Part shown: positions 44,232 to 58,557 of the stretch, piece after piece
How positions within the stretch are numbered: position 1 is the first letter of the stretch
Layout of the letters: every line of letters begins with the position of its first letter
Assembly (NCBI GenBank): GCA_963744165.1
Contig: CAVUSM010000001.1
Coordinates: forward strand, 2,274-66,273
Origin: an uncultured Solirubrobacteraceae bacterium
GTDB taxonomy: Bacteria > Actinomycetota > Thermoleophilia > Solirubrobacterales > Solirubrobacteraceae
Direction of reading: 5' to 3'
DNA: 64,000 nucleotides
The notes under the pieces: model-generated
Seen by the model: the letters and a program-made list of their open reading frames with translations, nothing else
Databases searched by the model: none
What the model was told of the DNA's origin: nothing
Translations under genes and position numbers: made by a program

Positions 44232-44376
44232 GAGCTCGCGCCATGCGTGTGAACTCTCGACGGATGGATCGTCGCGTCTGCCAAGGACGCGCCCCTTTGG
44301 AGCACAGGCAAGTCGGCCGCGTGCTTCGCGCTCGAGCGGCTGAGGACGCCGGCAGACGCGTCGAGGCGCCGTCGCG

Positions 44377-44616
44377 ATGAAGATGAAACAGAGCCTCGCC
44401 GAGTTCGAGAAAGCGATGGCTCGTGAGCTATCGCTCGACCGCCACCGGCGCGACTCGCTGCGCCGCACGGCTGAGCAGCGCACGCTCAAGCGCGAGGTCG
44501 AGCGCCGTCACAAGCGCGGTTCGATGCGCTTCGCGCTGCTCGTGCTGACGCTGATCCTGACGGCCGCGGTCGTCATCGTCGTGATGTTTCGCACCCTTTA
44601 CCTGCTGCTCGGCTGA
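44377..44616 (+). CDS. Small membrane protein
   Basis: 79 aa with a charged N-terminus and a C-terminal TM. Confidence 0.65.
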   Translation: MKMKQSLAEFEKAMARELSLDRHRRDSLRRTAEQRTLKREVERRHKRGSMRFALLVLTLILTAAVVIVVMFRTLYLLLG

Positions 44617-44747
44617 CGCTGCGCGCCAACCGCCGGGACGCCCACCCGCCGGGGCGACGCTTCGCGGCCGCGGCTGACGCGGCGCGCCAAACCTCCGTTG
44701 CCGCGACGATTCCACGGCCGCGTGCGGCGACCGTGCGACGACTGGAG

Positions 44748-44999
44748 CTAGCTCGCCTCGCCCAGGTCGCCGAGCGCCTCGTTGACCTCTGCGCGCGCCG
44801 ACTGCCCAATCTCTGTGGTGCCCTCAACGGCGCCGTCTTCGCGGTGGATCTCGAGATAGATCTCCTTGCGGAATACCGGGATCTCCTGCGGCGCTTGAAT
44901 GCCGATCCGCACCTTCTCGCCCATGACCGAGAGCACCGAGACCTCAACGTCGTCGCCGATCATGATGCTCTGGTTGGACTTGCGCGTCAGAACCAGCAT
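44748..44999 (-). CDS. csrA: Carbon storage regulator CsrA
   Basis: MLVLTRKSNQSIMIGDDVEVSVL..VRIGIQAPQEIPVFRKEIY; AGGAAGG upstream. Confidence 0.95.
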   Translation of the reverse strand: MLVLTRKSNQSIMIGDDVEVSVLSVMGEKVRIGIQAPQEIPVFRKEIYLEIHREDGAVEGTTEIGQSARAEVNEALGDLGEAS

Positions 45000-45156
45000 T
45001 GCATGCACCTTCCTGTTGGCCGCTCAGCCGACGCAAATCCCCCGCTCGCCGGTGCGCGAAAGCATAGTCCGAGCGTCGGGGGAAAGCGAACGCCGCTCGG
45101 CGCGTTTGGGAACCGGGCGTCGCGGCGGCGCATTGCGCTAGTCTCCCGGACCGTCG

Positions 45157-45735
45157 ATGCCTCGTAAGTCTTTGCGCCCGAACCTCAATCAGATCCGTGC
45201 CTGGGTACGTCAGGGTCGTACCGACGCCTGGGTCGCGCACCAACTCGAGGTGAGCGTGCGCGACATCGAACAGTTCAAGCGCCAGAACGAGCTCGTCGAG
45301 GAGGACGCCGTCGACGGCGGCGCGAGCGCGGCCGACTACCCCGACGAGATCGACCTGCGCGCCGAGGACGACGCGCTGATCGCCGCCGAGCTCGAGGCCG
45401 CCGAAGTCGAGGCCGAGCGCGCGAAGGCCGAGGCGAAGGAGAAGGCCGAACAGGAGCCTGACGAGGACGACGACGAGGACAGCGCGCCGCGCGCGCGCCC
45501 GCGCCGCCGTCGCGGAGGGCGCGGACGCCGCGTGCTCGGCTCACGCTCCGCGACAGGCGCGTCCGGTCCGCTCGAGGGCACGTTCGACCACGGCGAGGAG
45601 GGCTACGGACTGTGGCTCGACCCGGCGATCCAGGACAACCCGATCTACGCAGAGCACTGGGCCGGACACCGGCCGGTCGAGGTCGCGGTCGAAGAGGACT
45701 GCATCGTCATTCGCCGCACCGGCGACGACGACTAG
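45157..45735 (+). CDS. Conserved-looking hypothetical protein
   Basis: N-terminal HTH-like part (QGRTDAWVAHQLEV), acidic middle, C-terminal FDHGEEGYGLWLDP. Confidence 0.75.
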   Translation: MPRKSLRPNLNQIRAWVRQGRTDAWVAHQLEVSVRDIEQFKRQNELVEEDAVDGGASAADYPDEIDLRAEDDALIAAELEAAEVEAERAKAEAKEKAEQEPDEDDDEDSAPRARPRRRRGGRGRRVLGSRSATGASGPLEGTFDHGEEGYGLWLDPAIQDNPIYAEHWAGHRPVEVAVEEDCIVIRRTGDDD

Positions 45736-45756
45736 CGCCGGCGCGCCGCCGGCCTT

Positions 45757-46086
45757 CTAACCACTCTGAGCCACCTCGCGCCGACCGCCGGCATAGTCGG
45801 CGGCCTCGCGCAGGTAGCGCGCGAACGCCGCATCGGCGACGACCGCCGCGTCCCACGCCGACGGCTCTTGCGGAGCGACGTTCATCGCGACCTGCTGGCA
45901 CCACGACGTTCCTCGCTCGTACAGCTCGACGAGCTCGTCGGAGGAGAAGCGCCCGCCGAGCCGGCGGCGCAGCTCGGCGACGAGCGCTTCGGTGACGCGC
46001 TCGGTCGTGCGCCGTCGCTCTGGCGGCTGCGCACGCAGTCGTCGCTCGCCCTGCTGCCACTGATAGTTGGCGTTCTCGAACGACAC
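45757..46086 (-). CDS. Hypothetical protein
   Basis: 109 aa; TAGCCT 6 nt upstream of GTG. Confidence 0.7.
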   Translation of the reverse strand: MSFENANYQWQQGERRLRAQPPERRRTTERVTEALVAELRRRLGGRFSSDELVELYERGTSWCQQVAMNVAPQEPSAWDAAVVADAAFARYLREAADYAGGRREVAQSG

Positions 46087-46107
46087 CCGGCGAGGCTAGC
46101 AGCGGCT

Positions 46108-46237
46108 GGCGAGCAACGGTCCAGCTCGCGACACGACGAGCACGCCGTCGCGGCGAGCAACGGTCCAGCTCGCGACACGACGAGCACGCCGTCGCGGCGA
46201 GCAACGGTCCAGCTCGCGACGACGACGCACGCCGTCG
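46108..46237. repeat. Tandem 44-bp palindromic repeat x3
   Basis: GGCGAGCAACGGTCCAGCTCGCGACACGACGAGCACGCCGTCGC twice exactly, plus one variant copy. Confidence 0.9.
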
Positions 46238-46243
46238 GGCGAC

Positions 46244-46654
46244 TCAGTTCGGCGGCAGTCCGGTCATCTCGTACTGGCGCTCGTTCGCCTTCTTCATTCC
46301 GAGCTGGCGAGCCTCGGTTTCGACCGTGTTCTGACGTCCGAGCGCTTCGTGCTCGCGCGCGAGCGCGTGGTGTTCGCGTTCGAGTCTCGCGACGACGGTC
46401 TTGTCGTGACGCGACTGGCCCCATGTCGAGTACATGTGCAGACCGGCGCTCAAGTACAGGTAGAGCAGCACGGCGAGCACGACGAGCATCGCCATCTTTC
46501 CGAGCCGGTCCCAGCGCACGCGCGGGATCGCGCCGGCGCGAGCGCGCTGCGCGCCGGCCTGGCGAGGAGCTCGCTTGGCGGTCGAGCGCGAGCCGGCGAC
46601 ACGCTTGCTCGCGCCGCCTGCGGCACGCGCGCGGTCTGCATACGCTGCTGGCAT
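46244..46654 (-). CDS. Septum formation initiator (FtsB/DivIC-like)
   Basis: TM, coiled coil and EARQLGMKK.NE; usual position downstream of eno. Confidence 0.75.
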   Translation of the reverse strand: MPAAYADRARAAGGASKRVAGSRSTAKRAPRQAGAQRARAGAIPRVRWDRLGKMAMLVVLAVLLYLYLSAGLHMYSTWGQSRHDKTVVARLEREHHALAREHEALGRQNTVETEARQLGMKKANERQYEMTGLPPN

Positions 46655-46717
46655 CAGACCGCATTCGCGCTCGCCGCTCGACCTCCTGCCGGACTCGGCG
46701 AAAGACGCGCGAGTGAC

Positions 46718-46805
46718 GGCTCAGCGAAGCGTGTGTGGCTCAGCGAAGCGTGTGTGGCTCAGCGAAGCGTGTGTGGCTCAGCGAAGCGTGTGTGGCTCAG
46801 CGAAG
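46718..46805. repeat. 19-bp tandem repeat x4.6
   Basis: GGCTCAGCGAAGCGTGTGT, head-to-tail with no spacers. Confidence 0.95.
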
Positions 46806-46817
46806 GCAAGCGGCCGC

Positions 46818-48089
<1,272 letters not shown>

Positions 48090-48145
48090 CTAACGGCGCT
48101 CGCTTCGGCTGATCTCGGCAACTCGCCGGCCGCGCTCGACGATCG

Positions 48146-49345
48146 TTATTTGGTCGACTTCGTCGACGTCGTCGCAGGCGTCGTCGTCGTCGGCGTAGGT
48201 GTCGCCGCCGTCGGCGTAGGTGTCGCCGCCGGCGCCGGCGTAGAAGTCGTCTTCGGCGCTTTGTAGCCCTTGCAGTCGGCGACCGAGTAGCCGGAGCGGC
48301 ATTCGGTTTTCGCCGTCCACTTCGTTTTGAAGTCTTTGACGAACGTGCTCAGCGCTTTCTGCTGCTGAGTCGCCGTCAGCTGCGATTTGATCGACGCTTC
48401 GGCCTGCTTCAGCGTCTGCTGGCTGCCGGGCGTGATCGACTTGACTTCGTAGATGTAGTAGCCGAACGGCGTCTTGACCGGGCCCGAGAGCACGTTCTTC
48501 TTCGCCGCGAAGATCGCCGTGTCGAGCGCCTTCTCCTCTTGTCCTTTGATCACGCCCGTGAGCTTGCCGCCGTTGGCCTTGCTCGTCGGGTCGATCGAGA
48601 CGCGCTTGGCGACGCTTTCAAAGCTCTTGCCCGATTCGATTTCCTGCTTCGCCTTCTTCGCCTGCGCTTCTGTCTTCGTCAGGATGATCAGCAGGTTGCG
48701 CTTTTCGGCGACTTCAAAGCGTTTCGGGTTTTCTTTGAAGTACTTCTCGATCTGCGCGTGCGTGACCTTCGATTTTTCTTTGACGACCTTCTGCTGGATT
48801 TTCGACGACAGCAGGTTGAGCTTCACGCGCAGCAGCAGGTCCGAGACGGTCTGCCCAGACGTTTTCAGGAATTTTTCGAATTCAGCGGCTTTCGGGAACT
48901 GCTGGTCCTTGATTTTTTCGAAGTTCTTCTTGACTTCCTTGTCAGAGATCTTGACGCCGAGCGAGCTCGCTTCGCCGAGCACCCAGTTCGAGGAGATCAG
49001 GAAGCCGAGGACCTCTTGCTGCAGCGACTTGTACTGCTGTTCGCACTGAGACTTCAGCGCGGCTTCGGTCGGCGCAGCCTGGCCTTTCGCCGGTTTCGCC
49101 GCCGCTTTCGCGCTGGTGATGCACGCCGTGTACTTCGGCGGTTCCGGAATCGCCGGTTTCGAGCCAGACGTCGTCGCGCTCGAAGCTGCAGCGACGCCCA
49201 TCCAGTGATTAAACGTTTCCTTCGTGATCGACTTTCCGTCGACCGAGACGACGGCGTCGCCCGGAAGCCCGCCACAGGCGGCGAGCCCGACGAGGGCAAA
49301 CAAAACGGCGCCGAGCGCCGTGGTCATGCGAAGGTTTCTGGACAC
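48146..49345 (-). CDS. prsA: PrsA-like parvulin foldase lipoprotein
   Basis: Lipobox LAAC; F..VAKRVSID..SKANGGKL, SGPVKTPFGYYI. Confidence 0.82.
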   Translation of the reverse strand: MSRNLRMTTALGAVLFALVGLAACGGLPGDAVVSVDGKSITKETFNHWMGVAAASSATTSGSKPAIPEPPKYTACITSAKAAAKPAKGQAAPTEAALKSQCEQQYKSLQQEVLGFLISSNWVLGEASSLGVKISDKEVKKNFEKIKDQQFPKAAEFEKFLKTSGQTVSDLLLRVKLNLLSSKIQQKVVKEKSKVTHAQIEKYFKENPKRFEVAEKRNLLIILTKTEAQAKKAKQEIESGKSFESVAKRVSIDPTSKANGGKLTGVIKGQEEKALDTAIFAAKKNVLSGPVKTPFGYYIYEVKSITPGSQQTLKQAEASIKSQLTATQQQKALSTFVKDFKTKWTAKTECRSGYSVADCKGYKAPKTTSTPAPAATPTPTAATPTPTTTTPATTSTKSTK

Positions 49346-49572
49346 GAGGCGGGCACTCTAGCGAAAAGCCGGCTAAGTGTGCTTAACGAACTGATAACGG
49401 TTTCCTAAGCGCGTGAGAACGCCCGTCCGCGCGGGGCGTCTGGGCGGGCGTCGGCTGACGGTCTCGGCGGGCGATCTCGTCGGCGCCGCCGCCGGTCGAC
49501 GGCGACTTCGCGGGCCACGACGCCCGACTGCGGACGACGACCGACGGACGGCGGCGACTTCGCGGATTGCGT

Positions 49573-53031
<3,459 letters not shown>

Positions 53032-53147
53032 AATAGAGCCGCCGCGTGGTCGCTCAGAGCGTCACGTTGAATTCGCGCGCCCCGATAGCAGCTGTATACG
53101 CAATGTATGTACATGCGCTATCGGCGCGCGAAAAAGAGAACACGACC

Positions 53148-53828
53148 TCACGGCGAATCGTCGCCCAGCACGATCCGCTCGACCGCGTCGCCGACGCGTT
53201 CGACCAGCTCGCGAACCTCGGCTGGGCTCTCGCGAAAGCGTCCGAGCACGTGCGCCGAGACGATCTCTGGATCGGTGCTGTCCGGACGTCCGACGCCGAC
53301 GCGCACGCGCGCGAACTCGGCGCTGCCGAGCTCGCGCTTGAGCGACTTCAGCCCGTTGTGCCCGGCCAAGCCGCCGCCGACGCGCGTGCGCACCTCGCCG
53401 AACGGCAGATCGATCTCGTCGTGCACGACGAGCACGCGGTCCAGCGGGAGCTTGTATGCGCCGCGCGCCGGTCCGACCGAGCGCCCGGCGTCGTTCATGA
53501 ACGTCTGCGGGCAGAGCACCGCGACGCGCTGCGACGCCTGACCGACGACGCCCGTCGCCGCCGCGCCGCCAACTCGCCCCTCGACGATCCGCGCGCGAAA
53601 GCGATCCTTCGCCTTGCCCAAGTCCCACCGTCGCACGAGCTCGTCGGCGACCGCGAAGCCGACGTTGTGCGGCGTGCGCGCGTACTCCGGCCCAGGATTG
53701 CCGAGCCCGACGATCAGCCAGTCAATCGCGCCGCCGCCGTCTGCGCCAGCGGCACCTGCACCGCCGCCCTCGCCGGCCGTGTCCTGCCGACTGCTCCTGC
53801 CGCCGCGAAACGGGCGTCGCAGGAGGAC
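53148..53828 (-). CDS. pth: Peptidyl-tRNA hydrolase (start uncertain)
   Basis: LIVGLGNPGPEY..T.HNVGF (upstream of the track ORF), PQTFMN, VVHDEID, GHNGLKS. Confidence 0.93.
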   Translation of the reverse strand, partial: VLLRRPFRGGRSSRQDTAGEGGGAGAAGADGGGAIDWLIVGLGNPGPEYARTPHNVGFAVADELVRRWDLGKAKDRFRARIVEGRVGGAAATGVVGQASQRVAVLCPQTFMNDAGRSVGPARGAYKLPLDRVLVVHDEIDLPFGEVRTRVGGGLAGHNGLKSLKRELGSAEFARVRVGVGRPDSTDPEIVSAHVLGRFRESPAEVRELVERVGDAVERIVLGDDSP

Positions 53829-53832
53829 CTAC

Positions 53833-54510
53833 CTACTCGCCGTCAGACGAGTCCCCGCCGTCGCCGTCGCCGGCCGAAGCCTCGGCGTCGCCGCCGCCCT
53901 CGCCGACGAGCTCGGTCTCAGATTCGATCTCGTCCGCCTCGGCCTGCAGGCGCGGTGGCGAGAGCGTCGCGACGACGCCCTCTTCGAGCTCGTCGAGCAG
54001 CGTCACGCCGTCGGGCATCTGCAGCTGCTCGAGGTGGATCGTGTCGCCGATCTGCATCTCGCCGACCGAGTAGACGATCGACTCGGGGATCGCCGTCGGC
54101 AGCGCTTCGACGTTCAGCTCGCGCACGATCTGCTCGAGGATGCCGCCTTCCTTGACGCCCGGCGCATCGTCGGCGCCGTCCAGTTCGAGCGGCACGACGG
54201 CGTGGATCGCCTCGTCGAGGCGCACGCGCAGCAGGTCGACGTGGACCGTCTCGCCGCGCACCGGGTCGCGCTGCGCCTCCTTCAGCACGACCGGCGTCGA
54301 TTTGCCGCCGTCGAGGCTCAGCTCGAGCACCGCGCCGGACGCTGCGAGCGCGTGGCGCAGCTCGCGAGCGTCGACGTCGAAGCCGAGCGGGTCGCCGCCG
54401 CCGCCGTAGATCACGCCGGGCACGCGGCCGCTGCGACGCAGGCGCCGCGCCGCGCGCGAGCCTTCCGCGTCGCGGCTGCGCACGTCGAGCTTTGTGTTCG
54501 TGTCAGGCAT
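53833..54510 (-). CDS. rplY: 50S ribosomal protein L25/Ctc
   Basis: AARRLRRSGRVPGVIYG, HVDLLRV, GVKEGG. Confidence 0.95.
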   Translation of the reverse strand: MPDTNTKLDVRSRDAEGSRAARRLRRSGRVPGVIYGGGGDPLGFDVDARELRHALAASGAVLELSLDGGKSTPVVLKEAQRDPVRGETVHVDLLRVRLDEAIHAVVPLELDGADDAPGVKEGGILEQIVRELNVEALPTAIPESIVYSVGEMQIGDTIHLEQLQMPDGVTLLDELEEGVVATLSPPRLQAEADEIESETELVGEGGGDAEASAGDGDGGDSSDGE

Positions 54511-54630
54511 GTTCAGAGGGCCGCGAGCGCCGCTTGAGCGCGCGATTCGGCCCGTGGACTGTAGCAACGACCGCTCGATCTGTGACGTTCGCGGCCTCCG
54601 CCGTCGCAAGCGACCGGCGATCGGCGCCGA

Positions 54631-55206
54631 TCAGTGCCCGAGTTCGACTTCAGTCGCTTCTTCTTCGAACTTTTCTTCGTCGGTCGGCGCGTGGCATTTG
54701 CCCTCGTTCGAGATCGGCGCGCTGATCGACAGCAGCCTCACGTCGATGCCCGTCAGCGGATTGCCGGTGCGCCTCACGTTGACGCACTGAACGACCGGGC
54801 GCCCGCCGAGCACCGTCCACGCAAGGCGCGTCTTGCCGGTCGCGCCGAACAGCGAGCCTGCCGTTTTCGATTCGACCTGCAACAGCTTCACCCGCCCTTG
54901 CTGGCGCACGCGCTGATCGGCGACGATCGCGTGCGCCTGTGCGACGCACTTCGGTTCGGCGCCGCAACCGTCGAGGCGAGCAAGCACTGCATCGGCGTCG
55001 CCGCGGTGCTCCGCCTCGACGAGCGCGAGGAAATCCGCGCGTTCGGCGTTTTCAGCGCTGAAGTAGCGCGCCAGCAGGCCGCTGAGCGCGAGGAACACGA
55101 GCAGCGCGATCGCGATCGCAGCTGTACGCGTCTTGCGCGGCAGGCCACGCCACCACACGCGCGGGCCGCGCACGGGAGCCGATCCGCTCGCAGTTGGCCC
55201 GGCCAT
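54631..55206 (-). CDS. Hypothetical membrane-anchored protein
   Basis: 191 aa, one TM, four Cys. Confidence 0.65.
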   Translation of the reverse strand: MAGPTASGSAPVRGPRVWWRGLPRKTRTAAIAIALLVFLALSGLLARYFSAENAERADFLALVEAEHRGDADAVLARLDGCGAEPKCVAQAHAIVADQRVRQQGRVKLLQVESKTAGSLFGATGKTRLAWTVLGGRPVVQCVNVRRTGNPLTGIDVRLLSISAPISNEGKCHAPTDEEKFEEEATEVELGH

Positions 55207-55301
55207 CGCGACGACAGACTACGCCGCGACGCTCAGAACGGCTCGTTGCCGCTTGCCGTCAGAACAGGCGGTCCCGCCTTTCACGACAGTGGCGTTCGCC
55301 G

Positions 55302-56327
55302 TCAGAACAGCTGGTTCTCGCCGCCGAACACTTCGCTGACAGAGTCGTCGACGAAGATCCGCCGGATCGAGTCTGTCAGCAGCTCGGCGCACGGCAGCAC
55401 GCGCACGTTGTCCGGCCGCCCCGGCGCGATCGCGACCGTGTCGGTGACGACGATCTCCTCGAAGCTCGACGCGGCGAGGTTCGCGAACGCGTCGCCGGAG
55501 AGGATCGCGTGCGTCGCGGCCGCGTAGACACGCGTCGCGCCCTCTTCGAGCACCGTTTTCGCGGCGGCGCAGAGCGTGCCGGCGGTGTCGATCATGTCGT
55601 CGACGATCACCGCCGTCTTGCCTTTGACGTCGCCGATCACGTAGCCGATCTCGGCGACCTGCTGCGCCGGGCGCTCCTTGTCGAGGATCGCCAGCTCGGC
55701 GCCGATCTTCGACGCGAACTTCTTGTTCAGCTTGACGCGCCCGGCGTCCGGCGCGACGACGACGAGGTCCGACAGGCCGAGATCGGCGAAGTACTGCGTG
55801 AGGATGAACAGCGCCGTCATGTGATCGACCGGCTTCTGGAAGAAGCCTTGGATCTGCCCGGCATGCAAGTCCATCGTCAGCACGCGGTCGGCGCCGGCCG
55901 CCTCGAGCATGCGAGCGACCAGGCGCGCCGAGATCGGCTCGCGCGGCGATGACTTCTTGTCTTGGCGCGAGTAGCCGAACCACGGCGTGACGGCGATCAC
56001 GCGGTGCGCCGACGCGCCGACGGCCGCGTCGATCATCAGCAGCAGCTCCATCAGCGCGTCGTTCGCCGTGATACCCGTGTACGGGTTGCCGCACGTCGAC
56101 TGCACGATGAACACGTCCGCGCCGCGGATCGACTCCTCGTACTTGCAGTAGACCTCGCCGTTCGAGAACGTCTTCACCGTGACCGGGCCGAGATCGACGC
56201 CGAGCTTGTCGGCGATGTCGACCGCCAGCTGCGGGTTGGCCCGCCCGCTGAACAGCATCAGGCGCTTGTTGTAGTCGATCGGCAGGCTCGACTGAGAGGA
56301 CGCGCTCGTATCGACCACGCTGCTCAT
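55302..56327 (-). CDS. prs: Ribose-phosphate pyrophosphokinase
   Basis: FSNGE, PWFGYSRQDKK, DLHAGQIQGFF, VDDMIDTAGT. Confidence 0.97.
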   Translation of the reverse strand: MSSVVDTSASSQSSLPIDYNKRLMLFSGRANPQLAVDIADKLGVDLGPVTVKTFSNGEVYCKYEESIRGADVFIVQSTCGNPYTGITANDALMELLLMIDAAVGASAHRVIAVTPWFGYSRQDKKSSPREPISARLVARMLEAAGADRVLTMDLHAGQIQGFFQKPVDHMTALFILTQYFADLGLSDLVVVAPDAGRVKLNKKFASKIGAELAILDKERPAQQVAEIGYVIGDVKGKTAVIVDDMIDTAGTLCAAAKTVLEEGATRVYAAATHAILSGDAFANLAASSFEEIVVTDTVAIAPGRPDNVRVLPCAELLTDSIRRIFVDDSVSEVFGGENQLF

Positions 56328-57685
56328 TTCCCCTCGGAGTGTAGAGCCGCGTTCTGTCGCTCCGCGTAGCCCTCGACGTTGCGCTGCTTGGCGCGCGCGA
56401 CGGCGAGCGCGCCCGGCGGAACGTCCTCGGTGACGACCGAGCCGGCCGCCGTGTACGCGTCGTCGCCGACGCTCACAGGCGCGACGAACGAAGTGTCGAC
56501 GCCGCCGTGCACGCCGCTGCCGATCGTCGTGCGGTGCTTGCTGTGCCCGTCGTAGTTCGCCGTGATCGTGCCGGCGCCGAGGTTCGTGCGCTCGCCGACG
56601 TCGGCGTCGCCGATGTACGAGAGGTGCGGCACTTTGCTCGCCGCGCCGATCTCCGAGTTCTTGATCTCGACGAACGTGCCCGCCTTCGCGCCGGCGCGCA
56701 GCGTCGCGCCAGGGCGCAAGTACGCGAACGGGCCGACGTTGACGCCGTCCTCGAGCGTGCAGTCGACGAGGTACGAGCAGCGGATCGTGCAGCCGCTGCC
56801 GATCCGCGTCGCGCCGCGGATCGTCGTGAACGGCTCGATCAGCGTGTCCTGGCCGATCGCGACGTCGAGCTCGATCGCCGTCGCGTCCGGATCGACGATT
56901 TCGACGCCCGCGAGCATGTGCCGGCGGTTGATCTCGCGCTGCGCGAGCTTGCGCACGTGCGCCAGCGCGACGCGGTCGTTGACGCCGAGCATCGCGCGCG
57001 GGTCCTCGAGCACGTGCGCCGCGATCGTGCGCCCGTCGTCGCGCAGCAAGTCGAGCGCCTGCGGCAGGTACAGCTCGCCTTGCGCGTTCTCGGCGCTCAG
57101 CCGCGGCAGCGCTTCGCGCAGAGCGCTCGCGTCGAACGCGTAGATGCCCGCGTTGACCTCGCGGATCTGAAGCTCCTGCTCGCTCGCGTCGCCCGGCTGC
57201 TTCGTCTCGACGACGCGCAGCACAGCGCCCGAGGAGTCGCGCACGACACGCCCGTAGCCGCTCGGATCGTCGAGCACGCTCGTCACGAGCGTCGCCGCCG
57301 CGTCGCCGGCCGCGTGCGCCTCGGCCAGCGCGCGGACGTGCTCGGCGCCGAGCAGCGGCACGTCGCCGCTGAGCACGAGCACCGGGCCGTCGAGCGGCTC
57401 GCCCGCGCTCGCCTCGAGCTGCTCGATCGCCGCCTGCACGGCGCCGCCGGTGCCGTTCGCGACCGGCTGCACGGCGAGCTCGACGTCGTCCGGCAGCACG
57501 TCCCGCAGCGCGCGCGCCGGCGAGTCGACGACGAGCACACGCGCCGCGCCGGCCGCCAGCGCGGCGCGCACCGGCCACAGCACCATCGGCGCGCCGCACA
57601 CGTCGTGCAGCACCTTCGGCGTGCGCGAGCGCATCCGCGTGCCCTGCCCTGCGGCGAGGATCAAGACCGTCGGCGCGGCGCTCAC
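56324..57685 (-). CDS. glmU: Bifunctional GlmU
   Basis: LAAGQGTRMRS..PKVLH, GYGRVVR, GPFAYLRPG, HLSYIGDA, NYDG. Confidence 0.97.
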   Translation of the reverse strand: MSAAPTVLILAAGQGTRMRSRTPKVLHDVCGAPMVLWPVRAALAAGAARVLVVDSPARALRDVLPDDVELAVQPVANGTGGAVQAAIEQLEASAGEPLDGPVLVLSGDVPLLGAEHVRALAEAHAAGDAAATLVTSVLDDPSGYGRVVRDSSGAVLRVVETKQPGDASEQELQIREVNAGIYAFDASALREALPRLSAENAQGELYLPQALDLLRDDGRTIAAHVLEDPRAMLGVNDRVALAHVRKLAQREINRRHMLAGVEIVDPDATAIELDVAIGQDTLIEPFTTIRGATRIGSGCTIRCSYLVDCTLEDGVNVGPFAYLRPGATLRAGAKAGTFVEIKNSEIGAASKVPHLSYIGDADVGERTNLGAGTITANYDGHSKHRTTIGSGVHGGVDTSFVAPVSVGDDAYTAAGSVVTEDVPPGALAVARAKQRNVEGYAERQNAALHSEGK

Positions 57686-57710
57686 GCTGCGGATGCTAGC
57701 TGCATCGAAG

Positions 57711-57781
57711 CTGGGGAGCAGGGATTCGAACCCCGATTCTCAGGACCAAAACCTGATGTCCTGCCATTGGACGACTCCCCA
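57711..57781 (-). tRNA. tRNA-Gln (TTG)
   Basis: TGGGGAGTCGTCCAATGGCAGGACATCAGGTTTTGGTCCTGAGAATCGGGGTTCGAATCCCTGCTCCCCAG; usual position upstream of glmU. Confidence 0.95.
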
Positions 57782-57850
57782 ACGAGGTGTTTGAAGGATA
57801 GATGTTGCCGCGCCGCCCGCAACGCTCGTCGGCGAAGCGAATAAAAAAGC

Positions 57851-58524
57851 GTGAAACGTTTTCGTAACAACACCGATCCCCTGCGTCTGCAACGATCCTT
57901 GCACTTGCCACGCGGACGGGGAGACAGACGAGCGAGGAGCAACGCGCGCGCCGTGGCCGGCAGGCTGCTGCTTGCCTGCCTCGCCGTGCTGCCGTCTGGC
58001 GCTCTCGCGCTCGGCGCCGCTGCCCCGGCAGGCGCCGCGACGAGTCGTTGCGCCGGCGCCGACGTCAAGCCGAACGCGCACAACGCCGCGCTGATCGACA
58101 GCGCGACGCTGTGCTTGATGAACGAGCTGCGCGCGATCACCGAATGCGTCCGCTGCGCGACAACAGCTCGCTCGCCGCGATCGCGACCGGGCAGGCCGGC
58201 GACATGGTGCGCGGCGACTACTTCGGCGACGACAGCCTCTCCGGCGCTTCGCCGTACAGCCGCATCGAGGCGTCCAGCTACTCCGTGCCGACCTCGCGCG
58301 TGCGCCTGCTGACGGCGCAGAACATCGGCTGGGGCACCGGCCCGAACGCGACGCCAGCCGGCATCGTCGAGGCGTGGATGCAGTCGCCGCCGCATCGCCA
58401 GATCATCCTCACCGCCGCTTACCGCGACGTCGGCGTCGGCGTCGCGCCGACCGTCCCCGCCGACCTGCGCTCGCACTGGCTCGGCGCGACGTACGCCGTC
58501 GAGTTCGGCGCGCGCGAGCGCTAG
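57851..58524 (+). CDS. Secreted CAP/SCP domain protein (frameshift near 58145)
   Basis: Signal peptide; TLCLMNELR, QNIGWG, VEAWMQSPPHRQIIL..YRDVGVGV. Confidence 0.82.
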
Positions 58525-58557
58525 CCCAACGCGCGCGAGCGCCGACGCGCGCGAGCG

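Noticed and set aside
46108-46805. Possible CRISPR arrays
   Set aside because: Both repeat sets are head-to-tail with no unique spacers, and no cas genes are present.
55302-57599. 765-aa extended Prs ORF and other long Arg/Ala-rich ORFs in the track
   Set aside because: Off-frame or antisense shadows of real genes, as expected at this GC content.
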